Assembly: GCA_043228905.1 (NCBI GenBank)
Contig: JBHGNT010000010.1
Coordinates: 17,422,001 to 17,486,000 of the forward strand
DNA length: 64,000 bases
Source: Azolla caroliniana
Taxonomy: Eukaryota; Plantae; Polypodiophyta
Direction: 5' to 3'
Part shown: positions 12,977-23,600 of the stretch, piece by piece
Layout: every line of letters starts with the position of its first letter
Numbering within the stretch: position 1 is the first letter of the stretch
Position numbers and translations under genes: made by a program
The notes under the pieces: generated by a model
What the model saw: only the letters and a program-made list of their open reading frames with translations
What the model was told of the DNA's origin: nothing
The model's database searches: none

Positions 12977-13955
12977 CTTGTAACCTCATTGGTTCCTTTC
13001 AAGGGATTTAACACTAGTCATTAACGCATCAATCTAGTATTCTCATTCCATTCCATCTTGTGTCCTTCTTCATCTCTATCTTCATGCTCTTGTGTCGTTC
13101 CCAACTTCTTAAGTTCCACGCTCTTACCCCCATCATTTGTGCTCCGTCCAAGTATGTGGTTGGTGTGTCTGTGACAGTGTGTGCCACCCCTTCTTTGGTC
13201 TTATGCTCTAGCTCCGCTTGATCCTTCTCATCGGTGTTGATTTTCTTTTAAGTTTATCATCAAATATTATATTGATCATTTCCACCACTCTGAGGATTAC
13301 AATATTTTTTTATTGAAGAGGGCCCATTCCATTGGTGTTAGTTGTGACTATGTTGTCATCATTTACCCATTCATGCTCGTTCTTTTTGTTTTAGGAACAC
13401 TTTCACCTTTTCTTGATGAATTAGACATGATGTAAATGCTTGTTAACTTTAGACTTAAGCGTAACATGTGATGAGATCCTCATTTTCTTTTTATCATATT
13501 GATCATGTGTTCTTTGAGCTTCTCTTGATCTTTAGTTAAACCATTTCCATCCTCTTCATCTTACAGTAGAATGCCAAACTTCATCCTTTCACGTTGATCA
13601 AATGACCTCTAGAAAGGACACCTTATTCCCCCCACCCAAAATAACAAAAAAATACTTGTCTCGCACCTAGAGTTAAACAAAATGACGATCATACTTTAAG
13701 GGCACCATAATGAAACTCTTTCCTCATTCTTTAGATGCCTCCCAATTGTCAAAGTCCTGATGGATTATTCCCTCCATTCCTCTCTCTTATGCCCATATCT
13801 TAAAGTAATGTTTGCTCAAAGGAACCTTAAGAAGAGTGGGCTTGCTAAAGCTTTATTATCCTTCCGTGCAACAGAGTGAAGATCACTTTATAGAAACATT
13901 TTATATTGTTTGAATCACTTGCACCTTTTTTAGACATCTCTTTGTTACACGTCTT

Positions 13956-14194
13956 TAGAAATTCTAAAATAAAACTGTCTTGAAATTGAAAATCCGTCTC
14001 AACTTTTCTTTCAATGACACATTACAAAATCTCAATATCATCCCTATTTTGGAGCATTTTCTTCATTATCCTAGTCATTAGAATTTCTAAAATAAATACA
14101 CATTGAAATTGAAAAACAATCTCAACCTCTCTTCCAAAGACACATTACAATATCGCAATACCATCCCTAATTTGGAGCACGTGCTTCATTAGCT
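13956..14194. repeat. Degenerate direct duplication of about 120 bp
   Basis: TAGAA.TTCTAAAATAAA...TTGAAATTGAAAA...GACACATTACAA...TTTGGAGCA occurs twice (about 13956 and 14080). Confidence 0.8.
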
Positions 14195-14456
14195 TGGTTG
14201 TCAATTGTTCAAATTTATTCTTTTTGTTGTAGCTTCCATCTTCTTCGCTTTCTCTTTCATGTTGCGTTCGCAAAGTATGTCATGAGAAGGGTGTGAAATA
14301 TGCAAGTGGAACCACTTGATGCATGAATTAGGCAAGATGACATAAATATTGTTGCTTTTGTAATGCATGTGGGAGCCAAGCATGCAAGTAGACGAGTGGG
14401 CATGCTCTAGAGATACATCATTCTAGGTGTGTGTAGGGGCACTTAGTGTCGCAACT

Positions 14457-15615
14457 TGGGGTGTTTGTGTTTTCGTATCATTATATATTTGTATGTGTAA
14501 CTTGCATGTGCAAATATGTGTTCCGTAAAATACACGTGCATGTGTGTACTAGTGTTCGTGTATTTATATTAAGGTATGTGCACATGTGACAATGCATGTT
14601 TGTATAAACCAACCTTGTATGTGCTAATGACTAGGGGGTGTATGTGTTTTCATATCATTATATATTTGTGTGTGTAACTTTCATGTACTTGTACAAAAAA
14701 CCTTGTATGTGCTAATAATGACTAGGGGGGGGGGGGGGGGGGTGTCTATGTTTTCGTATCAATCATAGATTGACACATGCGTGATATTCGTCAGATTCTC
14801 CATGCGTGGTATTCGCAATATTCGAGAATACAAAATGGCCCTAAGAATATTTAAAAACCATTCGTTTTGTAAAATAAATAAATTTAATTCACTAAAAAAA
14901 AGAACAATTATTCATTAATAAATTATAAAAATATGATTAGTATAAACTCTCCTTTCTAGTGTCAAATAAAAAAAGAGGAGAGTTTATGAACCTTTATTTA
15001 ATTTAAATAATTGATTTTTTTATTTGAAAAAAACGAATATTTTTATTTTTACTATGAAAACATGATTAATGTGAAGTCTCAATTTTAATTCCAGGTAAAA
15101 ATATCCATAAATTTTGGGAAAAGAAAAGGTAAAGAATTAATGAACCTTTCTTTTATTTTATTTATTTATTAAAAATAAAACGAAAATTTATTTTATTTAA
15201 TTAATTTATTTAGTAAAGAATCAAAGATCTCCAATGAAAATTTATTACTGTCAAGTCTCTCTCAACTCTCTATTTTATTATCCCCTTTTTATTGTCAAGT
15301 CCCCCTTTTTTTCCTAAGAAACTAAAAGGAGGGACTTCATCTCCTTTTTTTCCTTCTTTTTTTTAAACGAATACTTGACCACACGAATGTATGCGTATTC
15401 GATTTCATTCGAATAGAAAATCCCACGAATGCGAATATGTCAATCTATGGTATCAATATATATTTGTGTGTAACTTTCATGTACATGTACAAAAATGTGT
15501 TCAATAAAATACATGTGAATGCGTGAATCAGTGTTTGGGTATTTATATTAAGGTACGTGCATATGTGACAATGCATGTTTGTAATAAATTGAGCTTGTAT
15601 GTGCTAACGACTACT
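14457..15615. repeat. TG/CATG-rich tandem repeat (3 units), third unit interrupted by a MITE
   Basis: The unit GGGGGTG..TGTTTTCRTATCA.TATATATTTGT...CTTGTATGTGCTAA.GACT starts at about 14457, 14633 and 14724; the third unit resumes at 15450. Confidence 0.75.
14764..15449. mobile_element. hAT-type MITE (686 bp) with 8-bp TSD
   Basis: 12-bp perfect TIR CATAGATTGACA/TGTCAATCTATG. TSD GTATCAAT at 14756-14763 and 15450-15457. TATTCG/CGAATA subterminal motifs around an AT-rich core. Confidence 0.9.
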
Positions 15616-15759
15616 TGCTCGTATGCGTCTTTGTGGATGTTATAACTTATTGTGATGAATTGCACACACACATGAATGCTTGCATGCAAAAATGTATGCG
15701 TATGTGAAGGTGTAATGTGTAGATGGATGCGTATTCGAATGGTACATGTGTACACAAAT

Positions 15760-16540
15760 TTATTTATTTATTTAAGGAAGATACATCTTAGTATATTACT
15801 TGAAAAGTCTACATAAGAAAAACAGAAGGAGACAATTCATCTCACTTCTTTTTGTAAGATACAAAAGCTAATACATTTGATGATACAGATTATGTCATAT
15901 ATGAACAAGTAGAACAATACTTACTATCCACTATCCAACATAAATGAAGGTATGGCATAATTCCACTTTGGACCAACAGTTGTCTTTGAAAATAATTGGA
16001 GTCCTTGCCATCGATTCTTAAAGGCCACTTGCCATTGCCACAAAACATCATCCGAACCTTGCAGATCATCATATTGGGCATGAAGTGCGTGAACAAACAA
16101 CATCCAGAATTCAATAAGCATAGTGTTGAGCTATACATGGGCATTGTTAAAAACAGAATCACATCTCGCTTTCCATATTATCCAAAGAGCCAATGACGTA
16201 ATTGTACGCCAAATGACCAGATTTTTAATTCTGAACCATGAAATAGAAGAAGGAAACGAGGTGAGAGAGAGGTGTCCATAAGAAAAATGAAAAACATGAG
16301 AAACATGCACACTTTCATACCTCATAACCTCTCCATGAAGGACACCCCACAATAGTGCACCCCAAGAGAATATTGATCGAGAGTAGTGTTGTCTCGACAA
16401 TAAAAAGAACTTACTCCAAAATTTCTTGATCTTGGGACATAACCAAAACACATGCAAAATCGATTCAGTAGGTGCGCCACAATGCAATCCACAAGCATAT
16501 TGTTAATGTTGTCTCAACCAATCACCAACAATTTTTTGTG
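15760..16540 (-). mobile_element. 5'-truncated L1-type LINE 3' end (zf-RVT region)
   Basis: CGLHCGAPTESILHVFWLCPKIKKFW...FSWGALLWG...LALWIIWKARCDSVFN. A (TAAA)n tail on the minus strand lies near 15760. Confidence 0.8.
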
Positions 16541-17078
16541 TATATGGATTTGAAGTAAAATGTGTTTTAGCTAGTACGTGCATGCGTATGAATTGTGAAT
16601 GCGCATGTGTTTTAATGCGATGTTGTGAAGGTATATTTGTGGACTTGTTTGTGAATGTGAATATGAAAAGGATAAATTTTATGTATTCTCCACCGAGATG
16701 GTTTTTTTCGCCCCCCAAAATTAGAGGTGTAAATGCAGTTGTTTAGGTAGATGCATGAGGGCTTTTGCTACTTGACATGTTGGTTGATGAGGGTGTGAGG
16801 GTTTTGTTTTTCTATATGAGTTCTTTGTAGCCGTTGGGCATCTTTACACTAATACCAAGGTGAAACTTTTATAATAATAAAAACGAAGATAATTTTTAAG
16901 GGGGTGGGGGGGGGGGGGGAGGGTAAAAATAGAAAATGGGAGGGTTAAAGAATTTGTATATTCATTGGCGGGATACGTATAAATTGTTTGTGAGCATGTC
17001 ACAAGATGCATAGCAAGGGGTGAATAATGTGAACCCTAGTCTCAAAGGCAGGTATAGGTTCAGCAACAATGTTGGCAA

Positions 17079-17762
17079 GTGTCTTGGTTATGCCCCAGGA
17101 TAGTGCAAATTTGGAGTAAGTTGTTTTTATTGTCGACACAACATTATTCTCGTTCAATTTTCTCTTAGGGTGCAATATTATGGGGTGTCCTTCATGGAGA
17201 TGTTATGAGCTATTAAAGTACGCATGCTTCTCATGTCTTTCACTTTTCCCTCTCTCTCACCTCATTTCCGTCTTCAATTCGATGGTTTAGAAATAAAAAA
17301 ATGGTTATTTGGCATATTATTATGTCATTGGCTCTTTGGATAGTATGGAAAGCAAGATGTGATTCTATTTTTAACAATGCTCACATAAATTTCTAAACTA
17401 TGCTTATTGAATTTTGGATGGTACTTATCCACACATTATGTGGTCAATATGATGATTTGCAGGGTTCGACTGATGTTTTGTAGCAATGTCAAATGGTCTT
17501 TAAAAACCAATGGCAATGACTTCATTTATTTTCAAATACAACTTCTAGCCTGAAGTGGAATTATGACGTACCTTCTTTTATGTTGCATTGCTAAAAGTTA
17601 TTGCTCAACTTGTTTCATATATGACATCATCTATTTGATTTGATGTTTATACTAGCCTTTGTATCACAACATAAGTGAGATGAAATGTTTCCTTCAGTTT
17701 TCTCTATGCATAGTTCTCAAGTAATATGCTAAGGTGCATCTTTCTTTCTTTTTGTAAAAAAA
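17079..17762 (+). mobile_element. Second 5'-truncated copy of the same L1 family, opposite orientation
   Basis: Collinear with the reverse complement of 15770-16450, e.g. TCATTGGCTCTTTGGATA.TATGGAAAGC.AGATGTGATTCT.TTTTTAACAATGC. A-rich end near 17760. Confidence 0.8.
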
Positions 17763-18360
17763 CAACATTGCCAATGTAGGTTAGGTAGCATGGAGACAAT
17801 AAATGTTCCTCATCATGACTGCATAGAGAGACTTAGAGGGGATTCTCTCACCTATGAGTCAAGACCTTCTTAGTTCATATTTTAAGTAGTGATTCAGTGC
17901 ATAACTCACCCCAACCTTCTGACATGAGCAAGTTAGTAGGATTGAGAGAATGACCATGTTCTCTCACGAAAATACATTATGAGGGGTTTCATTGAATTGA
18001 CAGAGTGGGAGGATGTCATTGAATTGACAGAGTTTATGATTGACAACAATGTTGTATTCGCTCCATGTGTCGTTGTGATTTCCTATCATATGATTCTCTA
18101 TTTGTCTATAGAGCTCAAGTGTTCATATCCCAAAAGTTGTGAACCCAACTATGTGAACTTTGTCTGGTTGATTGTATAGTTTTGTGAGATCTAATCTCAA
18201 ATAAAAATAGAAAATTTTATTCTTAACATGCGACACCGCATTTTTCTATAGCATGCAACTATTCATGATCCTTGCATCTACACTTGACTACGGAAAAAAG
18301 TACGTTGACCATTCACATTTGTTGCATGCTTTCTTGTCTACCAATGATAAATGATTCGCT

Positions 18361-19090
18361 GTATAAGAGCTTGTCTATCAATGATAAATGTTTACAAATC
18401 GGCTCGAGAGCAAAATCTTCAGGGTTGGTTTCAAAACATGGGAATTGGGACATCCTTTTCATGGGTTGGTCTATTACACACTCATGTAGTGGATGACACC
18501 ATTACTAGTTTCATTGGATCTCTTGGATTAACCCAAGATCATGGGGTAACTAGTGAAGCTCTTGCATGCTCCTCACTTTCATTTATGCATAAGAGCTTGT
18601 CTATCAATGATAAATTGTTACAAATCGGCTGGAGAACAAAATCTTCAGGTTTGGTTTCAAAACATGGGCATCGGGACATCCTTTTCGTGGGTTGGTCTAT
18701 TACACACTCATGTAGTGGATGACACCATTACTATATCCATTGGATCACTTGGATTAACCCAAGATCATTGGGTAACTAGTGAAGCTCTTGCATGCTCCTC
18801 ACTTTCATTTCTGCAGAACACTTTGGATGACACCATAACTGGTTCCATTGGATCGAACCGTGGGCATTTGTGGACCTCTTGGATTAACTCGAGATCATGC
18901 GGTAGCTACTGAAGCTCTTGCATGCTCCTCCTCACTTTCATTTTTTCAAAACACATTGGATGACATTTGCTAGTTCCATTGGATCGACCCGTGGGCATTT
19001 GTGGACCACTTGGATTGACCTGAGATCATGCGGTATTAACTGGTGAGGCACTTGCATGCTCCTCACTTTCATTTCTTCAAAACGCTTTGG
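18361..19090. repeat. Compound tandem repeat upstream of EMF2 (2 x about 226 bp, then 2 x about 130 bp, sharing a core)
   Basis: The core GGATGACA...GATCAT...CTTGCATGCTCCTCACTTTCATTT occurs four times. The long units start at about 18362 and 18588. Confidence 0.9.
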
Positions 19091-19219
19091 ATTTTTGTGG
19101 GGAGGGGTATTCAAATGGATTTTGAAAAACTACAGTAGAAAATTGAAATTATTGTCTTCGCCAAAAAACATACAGGACACAAACTTTTGTAATGAAAATT
19201 CAACTCTTCATTAAAAACT

Positions 19220-19360
19220 CAGAGAGAGACCGAGCGAGGGAAAGAGAGAGAAGGATCTACTGAGAGACACAGACAGACAGACAGAGATATACAGAAGCAG
19301 ATGAGGCATGAGAGGGCAAGGATTCCTCTCTGACGCCTCCGTCTCTCTTCTTCTTAGGAG
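19220..19360 (+). promoter_or_regulatory. Probable GA-rich 5' UTR first exon of EMF2
   Basis: GAGA/GACA-rich tract followed by the donor GAG|GTAAAT at 19360/19361 and a pyrimidine-rich intron start. TSS is inferred only. Confidence 0.5.
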
Positions 19361-20666
19361 GTAAATTGTCTTCCCTTTCTCTTCCTTCACCCACGCTAAT
19401 TCTCCCCTTTCTGTTTTCTTCTTACTTGTTTTGAATTCGTATACCAAGGGAATCTGCAAAGTTATTTCAGCAGTCGATTCGAGATGCATTTAACCTTCCT
19501 ATAACTCATAGGTCGTTACTTTTATGGATGAATATCTAAAATACACACTGCTTTTTCTAGAAAATATTTGTATGGTGGAATTATGCACCATGGCTTTTCC
19601 ACAAACAAAAGTTAGTAGCTAGGTTATAAGAATAAGAAATTATTATGCTCTAAATTTAGAGAGGGGATGGATCTATTTTCTTCCCGGGGAAGGAAACAAT
19701 TGAAAATATGTCCATTCGTGGATTTCAGCAACTTGTCTGGATGATCGTTGCTTATTAAGATAGAAATACTGTATCTCAATGACAACATCCTAGAATGGTG
19801 CTACAAAAATCCATTCTTTGTATGCTCTTGTATAGCTACCATAATCATCCATGTATTGTATATTGTACCACATATCCTCGTAAATAAGATACTCACATTG
19901 CAACAAAGGTCAATTACAGCTATCACACAATGAGGCCCACCAATCTGTTCTTGGATTCTGTTGAATGAAATATCATAGGCATATAGTTTCTAACAATTTC
20001 AAGAAATAAGAGAAATAAAGCTGGGACAGGGAAACAAAAAGGCCATAAAACATGTTAAACATATATTTTATGAGCATAAATGATCTATTTTCATGGATGA
20101 AAAAATATTGAAATGGTAACAGTAACTTAAATGTCAAAGAATGAGAAACAAAAATACAATCACAGACTAGGTACATGACCTGGCTAGTATATGGGAATCA
20201 TCTTGGGGAGCAGTCTGGATATGAATTCATCTTATTGGAGGCACTATCAGACTTTGTCTTTATGGTAACAATGTTAGGTCATTCATGATTCCAAAAGTAC
20301 TTTCGGGATGCAACCTGATGGGTCCAAAGATGGGATAAAAGGATGATTGTACAGCTACTGTGAAACCCAGTTTTCTTAAAAGAGAAAGAAATAGAATCAT
20401 AAAGCAATATAATTGGCAGTATGATCCTTACAGTTTGCGCATTTTGATTCTCAATACTCATTCAGTATGGTGGAGCATTTAAATTCAAGTGAATTGTAAT
20501 TTACTTATTGTTATGTTATAACTTTTGTTTAGATTCTGTGAACATACACCTTCAGTATGTATGCTTTGTTTACCTAACATTTCTGTATTTTATGATTGTC
20601 CTGATTCTGTTGGATATCTGCTGCTGGCAACAGCTCAATTAACTGAAGGCCTTTCAAGGAGAAGAA

Positions 20667-23600
20667 ATGCCTGGGTTGGCCTCAGCAGATCCACATACTC
20701 ATTCCACTTTGTAAGTATTTATCTCCTCTCTTTTCGTCGTTCCTTATCTATCATAAAGACCTTCTATATAGGAATTCAGTGACTGAAATTTGCATTTCGA
20801 GCATTTTCTCCAAAAGCATCAACTCTAAAAGCATATATATATATGCTTGAGCTTGAAGCTTTCACATGACAATTCATAAACTTCAGTCATTATTAGGGCT
20901 GATTTAACTATACAATGCATGTTTCTAAATAATTTGAGTGACACTTTATTCTAATAAATTACATTAAATAGAGCTTTGTAGGATAGGAACTATTGATAAC
21001 TTTTTGCATGAAAAATGGCCAGACACTTCTTTAAGTGAGTAATGGATGATCAACTGTGTTGATAATGCTTTACTAGAGGCACGCCATGCCAAACATTTCT
21101 TGTGTGTGCATATGAGCAGTGTAGTTAACGGGCTAGGGGTGATTAATTCCTAATCTGAAAGAACTCTTTGAAAATATAAGTTTGAGGTTATCCTCAATGG
21201 AGTTTGTGGCTACGCACCCAGGTTCTTCATGACCATATTGGCTTATTCACTTGGTCCCTTCTCATTCATTGGTTGCTTAAAATGTGATTCACAGAGGAAA
21301 TATAGCAAGGTCTGGCAGTTTTGTGACTGGTAAAATGTTTTCTCAGAGGCTGTTGTAGTATGTGATGAAGGGCTACGTTTGAACCGTGAGATAATGCTTA
21401 TGCTTGATTTTCTGTATATGCTTTTGTACATATAGTTTCCATTGTCTCACAGCCAGACCCTCAGTATGCTCAGCACACTCTAGAGAAGCAATGTCTCATA
21501 ACTCTGTACAGTGTCTCTTTTATTTACCATTGCTTGTACAGATCATCTTCAGCAGTGAACTTGTACACAGTGCTTCGAGCTATCTTGTACATCTGATGAT
21601 GTTGAATACAGGTGCAAGAAGTTAGGCATGACAGATCTTCTTTATTATACCATTCCTATAGTGTTCCCTTTATGCAAAAGCCTAATGCAAAGTGAGGAAA
21701 TTTTTCTCCATTCCAAATCTACATTATAAGTTACACCATTTATCAGCTGAACCTCTTCTTTGCCGATGAGTATGGTGGTCCGTTATGTGCATGGAATATA
21801 TAACTGTTTATCTATTATACACACATTACATTATACTTGTACATTAAACATATGCAGAGATGCCGATGGGCTTCCTATGTCCCATGTCACACAGACTTCA
21901 TTGCACCATTAATCCTTGATTTCGTTTACATTTATCGTGAGCTCAAATTAGCTTGTTAGAAATACGTCAAATGATTAGAGACCATTATTTGAGTGAGTTT
22001 TTAGATCTTTTTGCAAACTTTGTAACCATGTGATATCTGTTGTTTCATGTGTGTAAAGCACATTTGATTGGATATTGTCATCTTCATAGGAGCATTTCAC
22101 GGACGAATGGTCAACAACGCAGCAATGGAATAGTTAGTCCAAGAAGTATGGATCAAAGCCATGATTTTGAGCGGTTACGAGCTGAACTTCAGAATTCACT
22201 GCTTGGCAAAGAGCCAAGTCCGTATATTGACGCAAAGGAAGCTGAGGATAGCTTGTCTTTGTATTGCAAACCAATCGAACTATACAATATCATCCAGAAA
22301 CGGAACTTGAAAAATGTAAGTCATTAATTTGGATTGCAAATTTTAATTTAATGGAAGCAATTAAATTTTACAATGTACAGTGCGAAAGAGAGGCAATTCC
22401 TGGTAAAAGCATCAATGTGTATGTAAGGGACGTCTTTAGTCTGTAGAATTACTTCATAACCTATTGATCTTATCTTGTATGGTCAACGTAATAGCTGTTT
22501 GGTTCCCATGCAAATGCTTATGTTGGGCTGGGGTTTTTGGAAACATTATAATCTGGCAAGTGGGAATATATGTGCATGTATTTTCTATTTCTCTATCTCA
22601 ATAGATATGTATCGATATGTGATAGACTGCATGCACGTGATAATATAGAGTTAAGATCTTGGTGTTAAATCTACAGAAGTCATAAAAGAAGATGAACTTA
22701 TTCTGAAAATAGATGCAGAAAAACTTTCCTTTTTTTTGAATGAGATTATACAGCAGAAGCAATGCAATAGATTAAACATTTTGTGTTTGCTTTGCTAGTT
22801 CAAGGTAGCAAATTGTCATGTATTCTTGGGAAGGACAGTACCAACACATTGCCATTAGGAAAATTTGTACAATAGGGTTGCCTATCACATGCACTCATAT
22901 ATGCAATAGCTGTGTGCTCATCCACAAGTATTTGGGTTTTTGCCAAAGCATATTGGTTAAACACTCTCACTTGTTGCAAACTCCAATATGGTTTTGGTTG
23001 GCGAGGTTGTTTATGTGGCAAAGGTCGTCCCCAGTGGTCCAGACAGACTCGGTTTGAGTTCTTGTCTGCAATATAATACTATTGCCTGATCTATGTAGTA
23101 TCCTGACATTTTTTGATTGTTACTGCAAGCTTGAAGATCCAAAATGTGGATCTTCATGCACCATAAGAGGGGATGCACATGGACGGGGGACAGCATTGAA
23201 GAATCCTGGACCTTGGAGTGGTAGCAGTTTTATTTAATTATCAATTTCTCTTGATTTATTTTGATAAACTATATTTTATCTCATGTAGACTGTTCAATTG
23301 TCTTCATTTTGCCTTGGGAGACATATCCTGATTAGCCAGTAGGAAGCCATTGGTACATAATTGGTGACATCCTAGACTCAATTGTGTTTTCGTTATAGAA
23401 GAGGCATTATATACTTTATGAGCAAATGATGTAACCATAGTTTAAACATCATATTTTATCTCATGTAGACTATTCAATTGTCTTTATTTTGCCTTGGGAG
23501 ACATATCCTCATTAGTTAGTATGCAGCCATTTCTATGCAGGTACATAATTGGTGACATCCTAGAGTCTACTACATTTTTCTTTTATAGAAGAGGCATCAT

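Larger units (their letters stand above)
11250..13176 (+). mobile_element. Solo LTR (1927 bp), probably Gypsy-type, with 5-bp TSD GTGTG
   Basis: Termini TGTCACGGA...TCTGTGACA. GTGTG flanks at 11245-11249 and 13177-13181. TATAAATA at 12969-12976. No PBS, PPT or pol sequence inside. Confidence 0.85.
10000..13900 (-). mobile_element. Highly degenerate hAT-superfamily transposase remnant, interrupted by a solo LTR
   Basis: Minus-strand fragments: HVSSLKRHR*FISRGLSHIVYSQGN near 10050-10130 (like the hAT dimerisation motif IHSKRRNRL..RLNDLVYVQYN), LTNILNNHDEL near 10660 (like ITKFIYNH), and BED-finger-like remnants near 13620-13760. Many stops and frameshifts; ends undefined. Confidence 0.5.
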
